A stretch of DNA of 8,050 nucleotides from a virus (lineage: Duplodnaviria > Heunggongvirae > Uroviricota > Caudoviricetes), in the IMG/VR virus record IMGVR_UViG_2778261269_000007, positions 1 to 8,050 of that record; one strand, given 5' to 3'. This document shows, in pieces, positions 1 through 6,144 of the stretch (position 1 is the stretch's first letter; each line of letters opens with the position of its first letter). The translations under genes and the position numbers were made by a program. Below the pieces are notes generated by a model. It did no database searches, had not been told where the DNA came from, and saw only the letters and a program-made list of their open reading frames with translations.

Positions 1-201
1 TTACCCATTGGCGCGGCTTAAGAGTTTATTTTTGAACTCACAATGGTCACGATATAACCATCTTGCTCGCCCGTGGATAACTTTGGCTTTAGGCAGGTCT
101 CCGGACTTAATCCGGTCATAGATGAAGGTTTTACCGAAGCCAGTATCGGCCATGATGAATTTCAAATCAACCAGTGAATCAGGTTGTAGTTCGTGTTGCA
201 T
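1..201 (-). CDS. Putative excisionase / AlpA-family DNA-binding protein (66 aa)
   Basis: Complete minus-strand ORF (ATG 199-201, stop TAA 1-3) with GGAGA 8 nt upstream. The motif DTGFGKTFIYDRIKSGDLP...RWLYRDHCEFKNKL fits the AlpA/Xis winged-helix pattern. It sits at the distal end of the leftward early operon, where xis lies in lambdoid phages. It is not lambda Xis by sequence. Confidence 0.6.
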   Translation of the reverse strand: MQHELQPDSLVDLKFIMADTGFGKTFIYDRIKSGDLPKAKVIHGRARWLYRDHCEFKNKLLSRANG

Positions 202-240
202 GAGTGCTATCTCCGAATAGGGAATCGAACCTGCAAATCA

Positions 241-267
241 GGCAATAAAAAACCGCCATCAGGCGGC
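241..267 (-). terminator. Rho-independent terminator-like hairpin (minus strand)
   Basis: The minus strand reads GCCGCC-TGAT-GGCGG followed by TTTTTTATT. Stem arms lie at 253-257 and 262-266, with the U-tract encoded by the A-run at 244-251. Confidence 0.5.
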
Positions 268-426
268 TTGGTGTTCTTTCAGTTCTTCAATTCGAATATT
301 GGTTATGTCTGCATGTGCTATCTGCGCCCATATCATCCAGTGGTCATAGCAGTCGTTGATGTTCTCCGCTTCGATAACTCTGTTGAATGGTTCTCCATTC
401 CATTCACCTGTGACTCGGAAGTGCAT
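259..426 (-). CDS. Small hypothetical phage protein (55 aa, MHFRVTGEWNGEPFNRVIEAENINDCYDHWMIWAQIAHADITNIRIEELKEHQAA)
   Basis: Hand-translated minus-strand ORF below the ORF-track size cut-off. ATG at 424-426 is preceded by GGAGA; the stop TGA (259-261) lies in the loop of the terminator hairpin. It fills the gap between the Ea8.5-like gene and the excisionase gene. Confidence 0.4.
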   Translation of the reverse strand: MHFRVTGEWNGEPFNRVIEAENINDCYDHWMIWAQIAHADITNIRIEELKEHQAA

Positions 427-439
427 TTATCATCTCCAT

Positions 440-464
440 AAAACAAAACTCGCCGTAGCGAGTT
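440..464 (-). terminator. Rho-independent terminator-like hairpin (minus strand)
   Basis: The minus strand reads AACTCGC-TACG-GCGAGTT followed by TTTGTTTT. Arms lie at 447-453 and 458-464, directly downstream of the 515..796 gene. Confidence 0.45.
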
Positions 465-514
465 CAGATAAAAGAAATCCCCGCGAGTGCGAGGATAGTT
501 ACTTGTTCATATTA

Positions 515-796
515 TTAATCGTCAATGTATTTTGAGCATTGTGGGCAATCATCAATCCCACAATACGATTCATATGCATCCTTTATTGCGTCGCGGGCTT
601 CAGTAAGAGTATTGAATAAGTTGCAGCTATTATCTTTTTGATATAGGTAAGTTCCTAATTTATAAGCAGAAGAAGCATCATTTCCGCTGTCTAAAATTAC
701 ATCGTTATGGATTCTGCACCTTGCAAGAACTCCTGATCCCATAAGGGTCTGCATAGCCCATTGCTCTTGATCTTCACACAAATCATGAATGCTCAT
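515..796 (-). CDS. Ea8.5-like small protein with C-terminal CxxC (93 aa from the internal ATG)
   Basis: Minus-strand ORF 515..814 in the track. The ATG at 794-796 has a GAGAGGTG Shine-Dalgarno 5-7 nt upstream, so the start is probably MSIHDLCEDQEQWA. C-terminal ...YCGIDDCPQCSKYIDD, the length, and the position between the ea22-like gene and xis resemble the lambdoid Ea8.5 family; the family assignment is from memory. Confidence 0.5.
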   Translation of the reverse strand: MSIHDLCEDQEQWAMQTLMGSGVLARCRIHNDVILDSGNDASSAYKLGTYLYQKDNSCNLFNTLTEARDAIKDAYESYCGIDDCPQCSKYIDD

Positions 797-910
797 TTCA
801 ACACCTCTCTTCACGTTTCACACACGTTAAGATTAACAGTGTTTTTACATGTTTTGGAAGATTTATTTTATAAAAACTCTTTTAATACAAATAGATATAA
901 TAGTTCACTA

Positions 911-1384
911 TTATAGCTCCTTTAATCGAGGCGGTTCAGGTAGAGGCATCCAGTGGGTTACCTCTTTGAGATACAGGTCTTCGCCATCACCGTCATCCCA
1001 AGTGGGATTGCCATCATTAAACCAGTCGCCATATACGCCGACCTGAGTGTTGGGGATGTTTGGTGGGTAGTTGTTTTTAAAGTCAGCTGCTAACACATAG
1101 CATTGTCGCTCTCCCATTTCTGGCATTCGCTCACTACAGCTTATCCAACCATCCGGAGTTACCGGAGAGTTGCCCGACAGCTCGTTCAACTTGTAAGTCT
1201 GGCTTACAGGCTCGACTTCCAGTGATGCCAGCGCAATTCGTGCCAGTTCTAGTTCTCGTGCAACCATCTCAATAACAACTTTGCAGTCCGCACCTTCTTT
1301 GCTAACACGTCCTTTCAAGTCTTCCAGATAACTAACGCTTTCGCGTGCATGGGAGATTAACTGTTCTTTGGTAAATGTTGTCAT
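911..1384 (-). CDS. Phage protein with C-terminal DUF551-like domain (157 aa)
   Basis: Minus-strand ORF with GAGG upstream of ATG 1382-1384. The C-terminal GWISCSERMPE...VTHWMPLPEPP matches the characteristic DUF551 signature common in E. coli prophage accessory regions. Confidence 0.55.
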   Translation of the reverse strand: MTTFTKEQLISHARESVSYLEDLKGRVSKEGADCKVVIEMVARELELARIALASLEVEPVSQTYKLNELSGNSPVTPDGWISCSERMPEMGERQCYVLAADFKNNYPPNIPNTQVGVYGDWFNDGNPTWDDGDGEDLYLKEVTHWMPLPEPPRLKEL

Positions 1385-1578
1385 TGATAGCCTCTACTTA
1401 TATTTTGGGGTTCGATCACACATAAGGAATCCAGTCACGTATGAGTAAGCACAATCCCACTTATCCCCCTTGCTGATAGCAACTCCTTCACTTAATCCAC
1501 GGTTATAGCCAGCACTCTCACCGACTCAAATGCCGCCAAAACCAAAAACAAATGCGATAACAATGGTGTAAAGTTGTC

Positions 1579-2202
1579 TCATGCCTTCTCCTGCTGGCTA
1601 ATAACTTCGTGTTCTCTACTGCTTTCCAACACTGATACAGCCTGGAAAGCCTCTTTAAGCACCCAGTCAACAGCGTCTTTCCATGCTCCTGTTTCGACTG
1701 GCGGATTTTCACGCTTAACCTGTTCATAGAAGCTCACTGCTTTAACCAGTCCTTCCGGCACTACTGGCGATGGCTGTTTAGCTTCTAAATCAGCAATTCT
1801 GTCAACAACGGCATCAACGGCATCAGAAAAGCCGAACCAGTTACTCCACTCCGGCCTATCCCCGGTTGCTGCAAAGTACATATCAGCTAAAGCAGACTCA
1901 GCATGGTCACGCTCATTAATGAGTTGCTCTTCGCTTTTCTCCAGCTCTGCAATGCGTTTGCTTTGAGCTTCCAGTTCATCAAGAAGCGCAAGCACGGTAG
2001 CCGGATTAGCCTTGGCAACAAAATCCCGGACTGGCTTACAATCAATCTCCGCAATGGGTTGATACAATGTGTAGCCATGCTGTCTTGTATAACTACCGTG
2101 ACGAATAACGAAAAAATCACCATTTATTTTTTTAGCCTGCCACTTATCTTCACCTGCTTTCTCTGCCGCCTCACGCAGTACCTGATAGTCAATCTTGCTC
2201 AC
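1579..2202 (-). CDS. Ead/Ea22-like family protein (207 aa)
   Basis: Minus-strand ORF starting at GTG 2200-2202 with GGAGG 6 nt upstream. The N-terminus [17 protein letters not shown] is the typical start of ead/Ea22-like prophage proteins, followed by coiled-coil-like LEAQSKRIAELEKSEEQL. Confidence 0.6.
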   Translation of the reverse strand: MSKIDYQVLREAAEKAGEDKWQAKKINGDFFVIRHGSYTRQHGYTLYQPIAEIDCKPVRDFVAKANPATVLALLDELEAQSKRIAELEKSEEQLINERDHAESALADMYFAATGDRPEWSNWFGFSDAVDAVVDRIADLEAKQPSPVVPEGLVKAVSFYEQVKRENPPVETGAWKDAVDWVLKEAFQAVSVLESSREHEVISQQEKA

Positions 2203-2455
2203 TGGTTGCCTCCGTTTCCCACGTTTTCAGACTTTCACCACAGAACGGGCAAAATAAAACCCGAATCGGCGATTTAGAAAACTCGCCTGACCGAAGCATG
2301 ATCAGATCTTGTGAATGAATTAATTCATGGTTATAGATTTTGTATTTCAGCAGACCTTTTCGCGTCGTGTATTCAGCGTCATGCTCCAAGGATTGCGTCA
2401 ACGCCGAGCACGGTTCTATCTTATTGCCATTAATTTGGCATTTTGACTCACTCAC
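2189..2455 (-). CDS. Hypothetical Cys-containing small protein (88 aa; Cys at 6, 16, 69, 72 including CPFC)
   Basis: Minus-strand ORF with GTG start at 2453-2455 and AAGGAGG 6 nt upstream. Its 3' end overlaps the ea22-like start. Four cysteines suggest a possible metal-binding ribbon. No recognisable family. Confidence 0.45.
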   Translation of the reverse strand: MSESKCQINGNKIEPCSALTQSLEHDAEYTTRKGLLKYKIYNHELIHSQDLIMLRSGEFSKSPIRVLFCPFCGESLKTWETEATSEQD

Positions 2456-2619
2456 TGGTTGCCTCCTTTACGCCACATCGCATTCAGATATTTGTTTTGA
2501 TTTACTGATGGAAAAGAATTTCTCTTAAGTAATTCCTCTCTCGATGGCATTGGCTTTACGCGTTGGCGAATAATCATTTCTGCCAGAAGAATGCCGGGAT
2601 TGTATGCAAGTCCTCTCAT
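2452..2619 (-). CDS. Small hypothetical protein (55 aa, [55 protein letters not shown])
   Basis: Hand-translated minus-strand ORF below the track cut-off. ATG at 2617-2619; stop TGA at 2452-2454 overlaps the GTG start of the downstream gene in a GTGA arrangement typical of translational coupling. The Shine-Dalgarno is weak. Confidence 0.3.
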   Translation of the reverse strand: MRGLAYNPGILLAEMIIRQRVKPMPSREELLKRNSFPSVNQNKYLNAMWRKGGNQ

Positions 2620-2635
2620 GGTAAATTCCACTTTG

Positions 2636-2956
2636 TTAATTTATTCGTATTCCTGTTCTCTCTTCATCGAGTTTTTTTAGCTTGTATCGCATAGCCCTTA
2701 CTGAATAAATTGAGCGGCAGGTTGCAATTGCTATTTCTTCTGCGGAGAACTTACCGAAAAGTGATACTTCGGCTCTTGTCCATCGTCTTCCACGAAGTCG
2801 GCTAACAATGTCAGCGCCAATCCTTGTTGCTTTCGCCATAACTGCTTTTTCAGTCCTTTCCAGTTTTTCAGCGATAACTTCAACTGGCATTGTCGCCGCT
2901 ACTTCGCGCAAGAAATCGACTTCCCATTTCTCCCATGGAGTCTTTTTCATAGGCAA
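2636..2956 (-). CDS. Hypothetical protein with two tandem helix-turn-helix-like (Myb/SANT-like) repeats (106 aa)
   Basis: Minus-strand ORF. Internal repeat [12 protein letters not shown]...[19 protein letters not shown] and [36 protein letters not shown] indicates a duplicated small DNA-binding-like module. Domain assignment is by pattern only. Confidence 0.45.
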   Translation of the reverse strand: MPMKKTPWEKWEVDFLREVAATMPVEVIAEKLERTEKAVMAKATRIGADIVSRLRGRRWTRAEVSLFGKFSAEEIAIATCRSIYSVRAMRYKLKKLDEERTGIRIN

Positions 2957-2961
2957 TACCG

Positions 2962-3444
2962 TTATTTGATAAGAAGTGAAGGTTTCCCAACTTTGAGTTG
3001 AGCGCCGGGGATATTTATTCCTGCTTTTAGTTGGTGTTTGATTGCCAGTTTGTCGGCTTTAATTGTCGTTTCAAACTCAACGTATTCAGGAGGAAGGGCG
3101 CTTGAGTCGATTATTTCTACAATTTCTGACGGTTTGCGGATTGTTACCTGGTGAATACCTGCTCGAATATTTTTCTTGCCAACCATTTCAAGCGATGACG
3201 CTATATATGATTTGATGCTGTCAATCTTATTTTGAATTACTGCGGCTCGCTCATTCAGTGACTTTGCCTCTTCCTTGAGGCGTTCGGCATAACCAGATTC
3301 ATTTTTAATGACGGAAAGAAGTTGTTCTATTTTATCGGTAAATTCTCCTTCCATGCCTTCTATTGTGTCAGCAATCATCTCTGGTTCTAAATCTGAATCC
3401 ATCAATTTTGCGTATTCATTGGCAATTTCATACAGTTTGCTCAC
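2962..3444 (-). CDS. Phage protein, coiled-coil rich, possibly Gp157-family, encoded immediately downstream of recT (about 160 aa)
   Basis: Track ORF 2962..3450. GGAGG lies at 3451-3455, immediately adjacent to the TTG, so the start is more likely GTG 3442-3444. It overlaps the recT 3' end by 17 nt. The N-terminal half is charged and helical (EYAKLMDSDLEPEMIADTIEGMEGEFTDKIEQLL...RLKEEAKSLNERAAVIQNKIDSIK). The family name is a low-confidence recollection. Confidence 0.5.
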   Translation of the reverse strand: MSKLYEIANEYAKLMDSDLEPEMIADTIEGMEGEFTDKIEQLLSVIKNESGYAERLKEEAKSLNERAAVIQNKIDSIKSYIASSLEMVGKKNIRAGIHQVTIRKPSEIVEIIDSSALPPEYVEFETTIKADKLAIKHQLKAGINIPGAQLKVGKPSLLIK

Positions 3445-4330
3445 TGGCAACCTCCAGTTTAGCTTTGCATTCTGCGTAAATGGCTTGTACGTTCTGCTGC
3501 AATTTCATTCCAGATGTCAGGCGATATGCTTCTGCAAAATATCGCTTCAAATCATCCATGTTTTCTGCCTGAGCCATTTCATCACAAAGAAGTTGTGCTT
3601 TATCCATTATTTCCTTCTGGCGTTTCCGTTCATCTTCGCGTATATCTTCCTCTGATTTGTGCGGCATAACTGGTTCCTGATGCATACCTTCATCCTCGTT
3701 AAGCAGGTGAATGGCATTATCCAGTCGCTGGGCTTTAGGCCAGTATTTGCTGGCGCGTTTAACTATTGTTTTACGCGCCATCTCTTCCCAGAATGTCTTC
3801 CACGGTCCATTCTTTGCCTTGCTCGTTGCTTCCACAGCTTTAATTTCTGCCAGACTCATTTCTTCAGTCAGGTAGTCACCATCTGCTGTTTTAACCGTGC
3901 AATAACCACCAACAATAGAGCCTCGCTCACCAAATGCGTTGTATTTGTGGGTTGGTGCTGAATCAAGGCCGTTTGATTCATAGGTGTCGTTTGAGTACAC
4001 CAGTTTGCATTGCCCCCACTTAATTGAGCCTGTCGATTGCGCAAGATGAAGTAATCCCATATAGCTGATATCAAGGCAAACCATGCCGTCGCGCGGAACC
4101 AGATAAGCCAGTTTGCTGGCCGGGTTTAAGGTGATGCCGATCGCCGCAACATTGATGATGGCGTTCTGTGCGCTGGTTGGATTTGCCAGTGCCGTTTTAG
4201 CAAGGTAATCGTTTTTCTGGAAATACTGAATTGCAAACTGGCTTTCCTTAGCCCATGTAACCGTCTGTTCAGTCAATGCTCCGCAGAATAACTGCTCCTG
4301 CTGTTTAACGAATTCAACGATATTGCTCAT
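3428..4330 (-). CDS. recT: RecT-family single-strand annealing recombinase (300 aa)
   Basis: Minus-strand ORF. The C-terminal region NGPWKTFWEEMARKTIVKRASKYWP parallels the E. coli RecT segment NNGPWVTHWEEMAKKTAIRRLFKYLP, and the overall architecture is RecT/Red-beta like. It occupies the position of bet in the lambda PL operon. Confidence 0.8.
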   Translation of the reverse strand: MSNIVEFVKQQEQLFCGALTEQTVTWAKESQFAIQYFQKNDYLAKTALANPTSAQNAIINVAAIGITLNPASKLAYLVPRDGMVCLDISYMGLLHLAQSTGSIKWGQCKLVYSNDTYESNGLDSAPTHKYNAFGERGSIVGGYCTVKTADGDYLTEEMSLAEIKAVEATSKAKNGPWKTFWEEMARKTIVKRASKYWPKAQRLDNAIHLLNEDEGMHQEPVMPHKSEEDIREDERKRQKEIMDKAQLLCDEMAQAENMDDLKRYFAEAYRLTSGMKLQQNVQAIYAECKAKLEVASEQTV

Positions 4331-4638
4331 GCAGCTTCTCCAAAAATGTGTCTGCGTTTGAATATTGCGAAGGCATATTCAGCCTTAACTCTTTCGGTTA
4401 TTGCATCCCAGAACCATTCAGCGGCTTTTTCCTGATAGTTACAGTCATCATCTTCCAGCCAGTCGATAGCGTCCTTAGTGTGTTCATCTGGTTTATATGA
4501 GCGAAGCATTTCGCTTATTGGGTCGCAACGTTTGCAGAGGCGATCAACTTCACTGTTGATTCGCTCGTAATCTTCATCAGTAAAACTTGCGATTATTTGC
4601 GATATTTCACGCTTATCATTCAGAGTCAGAATCATCAT
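4327..4638 (-). CDS. Hypothetical acidic protein translationally coupled to recT (103 aa); candidate host-nuclease modulator
   Basis: Minus-strand ORF whose stop overlaps the recT ATG (ATGA at 4327-4330). It occupies the gam/abc position immediately upstream of the recombinase. No family recognised from sequence. Confidence 0.55.
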   Translation of the reverse strand: MMILTLNDKREISQIIASFTDEDYERINSEVDRLCKRCDPISEMLRSYKPDEHTKDAIDWLEDDDCNYQEKAAEWFWDAITERVKAEYAFAIFKRRHIFGEAA

Positions 4639-4723
4639 CTTTCTCCTGTTCTTTGTGCTGATTGAGCATTTTGTTCATCTGACGAATGAATTCTTCGTCT
4701 GACCAGTTATCTGTAAAACTCAT
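4616..4723 (-). CDS. Small acidic hypothetical protein (35 aa, MSFTDNWSDEEFIRQMNKMLNQHKEQEKDDDSDSE) in the kil position
   Basis: Hand-translated ORF. ATG 4721-4723 overlaps the stop of the cIII-like gene (ATGA), and the 3' end overlaps the start of the 103-aa gene. Positionally equivalent to lambda kil but with no sequence resemblance that I can confirm. Confidence 0.3.
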   Translation of the reverse strand: MSFTDNWSDEEFIRQMNKMLNQHKEQEKDDDSDSE

Positions 4724-4890
4724 GGGCGGCCTTGTTGTTTCAAAATATCCCAAAGCTTTTCGAGCAAACTTTTCATTCTTGGTTGTTTAAAGTCTGCTCC
4801 GGTTAAAATATTTTTTCGTGAATGCTGTACCGATAAAATCGGGTTGAAAGGGCGAACCGATGCCGCCCCTGCAATAGCGAACTGTTGCAT
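4720..4890 (-). CDS. cIII: cIII-like protein (56 aa from the internal ATG)
   Basis: The track ORF 4720..4995 has an internal ATG at 4888-4890 with AAGGAG 7 nt upstream. From there the product MQQFAIAG...SLLEKLWDILKQQGRP resembles lambda CIII (MQYAIAG...LLERI...LIDILNQPG). The upstream part of the track ORF spans a terminator hairpin and is unlikely to be coding. Confidence 0.45.
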   Translation of the reverse strand: MQQFAIAGAASVRPFNPILSVQHSRKNILTGADFKQPRMKSLLEKLWDILKQQGRP

Positions 4891-4956
4891 AGGATGCTCC
4901 TTCTGTTTGATTGCATAACGAAAACGCCTCGAGTGAAGCGTTATTGGTATGCATAT

Positions 4957-4980
4957 AAAAAGGCCCTCACACTGGAGGGC
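4957..4980 (-). terminator. Rho-independent terminator-like hairpin between ral and the cIII-like gene (tL2-like position)
   Basis: The minus strand reads GCCCTC-CAGTGT-GAGGGC followed by CTTTTT. Arms at 4963-4968 and 4975-4980; the U-tract is encoded by the A-run at 4957-4961. Confidence 0.45.
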
Positions 4981-5116
4981 AAAGAAGATTTCCAATAATC
5001 AGAACAAGTCGGCTCCTGTTTGGTTACGAGCGACATTGCTCCGTGTATTCACTCGTTGGAATGAATACACAGTGCAGTGTTTATTCTGTTGTTTATGCCA
5101 AAAATAAAGGCCACTA

Positions 5117-5317
5117 TCAGGCAGCTTTGTTGTTCTGTTTACCAAGTTCTCTGGCAATCATTGCCGTCGTTCGTATTGCCCATTTATCGACATATTTCCC
5201 ATCTTCCATTACAGGAAACATTTCTTCAGGCTTAACCATGCATTCCGATTGCAGCTTGCATCCATTGCATCGCTTGAATTGTCCACACCATTGATTTTTA
5301 TCAATAGTCGTAGTCAT
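5117..5317 (-). CDS. ral: Ral, restriction alleviation protein (66 aa)
   Basis: The minus-strand ORF MTTTIDKNQWCGQFKRCNGCKLQSECMVKPEE... matches my recollection of lambda Ral in length and sequence, and it lies downstream of N as in lambda. Confidence 0.7.
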   Translation of the reverse strand: MTTTIDKNQWCGQFKRCNGCKLQSECMVKPEEMFPVMEDGKYVDKWAIRTTAMIARELGKQNNKAA

Positions 5318-5387
5318 ACGGATAGTCCTGGTATTGTTCCATCACATCCTGAGGATGCTCTTCGAACTCTTCAAATTCTTCTTCCAT
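5301..5387 (-). CDS. Small acidic ORF (28 aa, MEEEFEEFEEHPQDVMEQYQDYPYDYDY), lambda orf28-like
   Basis: Hand-translated ORF. ATG 5385-5387 is preceded by GAGGTGA; the stop at 5301-5303 overlaps the ral start by 17 nt. Length and position between N and ral match the lambda orf28 annotation as I recall it. Confidence 0.4.
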   Translation of the reverse strand: MEEEFEEFEEHPQDVMEQYQDYPYDYDY

Positions 5388-5395
5388 ATATCACC

Positions 5396-5722
5396 TCAAA
5401 TAAGTGGTTTGCTGCCTAATTTCATTTTCTGGCGACCAACACAAGTCACACCCATTTCACTGCATGGCTTGCTGTACCATGTGCGCTGATTCTTGCGTTC
5501 AATACGTTGCAGGTTGCTTTCAATCTGTTCGTGGTATTCAGCCAGCACCGTAAGGTCTATCGGATTAAGTGCGCTGTCTACTCGTGATTTCGGTTTGCGA
5601 TTCAGCGAGAGAATAGGGCGGTTAACTGGTTTTGCGCTTACCCCAACCAACAGGGGATTTGCTGCTTTCCATTGAGCCTGTTTCTCTGCGCGACGTTCGC
5701 GGCGGCGTGTTTGTGCATCCAT
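5396..5722 (-). CDS. N: Antitermination protein N (108 aa)
   Basis: The minus-strand ORF MDAQTRRRERRAEKQAQWKAANPLLVGVSAKPVNRPILSLNRKPKSR... is near-identical to lambda N as recalled, including the arginine-rich boxB-binding motif at the N-terminus. AGGAG lies upstream of the ATG. Confidence 0.9.
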   Translation of the reverse strand: MDAQTRRRERRAEKQAQWKAANPLLVGVSAKPVNRPILSLNRKPKSRVDSALNPIDLTVLAEYHEQIESNLQRIERKNQRTWYSKPCSEMGVTCVGRQKMKLGSKPLI

Positions 5723-5920
5723 CTGGATTCTCCTGTCAGTTAGCTTTGGTGATTGGATGGCCGGCGCTGAACCCCGGCTTACTGGTTAGAGCGCCCGCAC
5801 TACCAGTGACGCTGTCTTGAGGCGCAGATTGGTTACTGCTTGCCATGAGCGCTGTTTATACATTGGTCGAGCATCAGCCTGCTCATTCATCCAATCCCAA
5901 AGCCTTCTGCTTTGAATGCT

Positions 5921-5951
5921 GCCCTTCTTCAGGGCTTAATTTTTAAGAGCC
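5921..5951 (-). promoter_or_regulatory. nutL site (boxA variant plus boxB hairpin)
   Basis: The minus strand reads GGCTCTTAAAAATTAAGCCCTGAAGAAGGGC. boxB GCCCTGAAGAAGGGC (plus 5921-5935) is identical to lambda nutL boxB. boxA is GGCTCTTA (plus 5944-5951), against CGCTCTTA in lambda. Confidence 0.8.
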
Positions 5952-5983
5952 TCACCTTCATGGTGGTTAGTACGTCCTGCTGA

Positions 5984-6019
5984 TGGCTAAATAGTACGAT
6001 TTGTACTTTATTGAGTCAA
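5984..6019 (-). promoter_or_regulatory. PL early leftward promoter
   Basis: The minus strand reads TTGACT (-35, plus 6014-6019), a 17-nt spacer, TACTAT (-10, plus 5991-5996), then the start at the A of ATCAGCAGGACG (about 5984), which is the lambda PL transcript start sequence. Confidence 0.7.
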
Positions 6020-6032
6020 TACAAAATGTTCT
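5993..6032. promoter_or_regulatory. Putative OL operators (palindromic repressor sites overlapping PL)
   Basis: A perfect palindrome AGTAC-N5-GTACT at 5993-6007 overlaps the -10. A related site AATAC-N5-GTTCT at 6018-6032 overlaps the -35. The pattern differs from lambda OL (TATCACCGC...), consistent with a different immunity. Confidence 0.45.
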
Positions 6033-6083
6033 AAATATAATTAGTTTTTTATAACGCTTTGTATTTAATGGGTTTATATTTTG

Positions 6084-6114
6084 GAAAAAGAAAACCCGAC
6101 GCTAAGGTCGGGTT
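6084..6114 (-). terminator. Rho-independent terminator downstream of cI
   Basis: The minus strand reads AACCCGAC-CTTAGC-GTCGGGTT followed by TTCTTTTT. Arms at 6093-6100 and 6107-6114, about 30 nt after the cI stop. Confidence 0.5.
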
Positions 6115-6144
6115 ATTGTTGTGTGTTTTAGAGTTGTGAGGCTG

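Noticed and set aside
193-441. Plus-strand 82-aa ORF in the ORF track
   Set aside because: It lies antisense to a minus-strand small gene and two terminator hairpins, has no Shine-Dalgarno, and its product is low complexity. The minus-strand reading is more coherent.
1518-1727. Minus-strand 69-aa ORF overlapping the 3' end of the ea22-like gene
   Set aside because: It is entirely embedded in the ea22-like gene in another frame, with a basic low-complexity product and no start signal. Likely a frame artefact.
3308-3961. Plus-strand ORFs 3308..3655 and 3659..3961 opposite recT
   Set aside because: They are antisense to the well-supported recT gene, Cys/Phe-rich and of odd composition, and lack ribosome-binding sites.
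5043-5294. Plus-strand 83-aa ORF opposite ral
   Set aside because: It is antisense to the ral gene and the ral to cIII-like intergenic hairpins, with no start signals.
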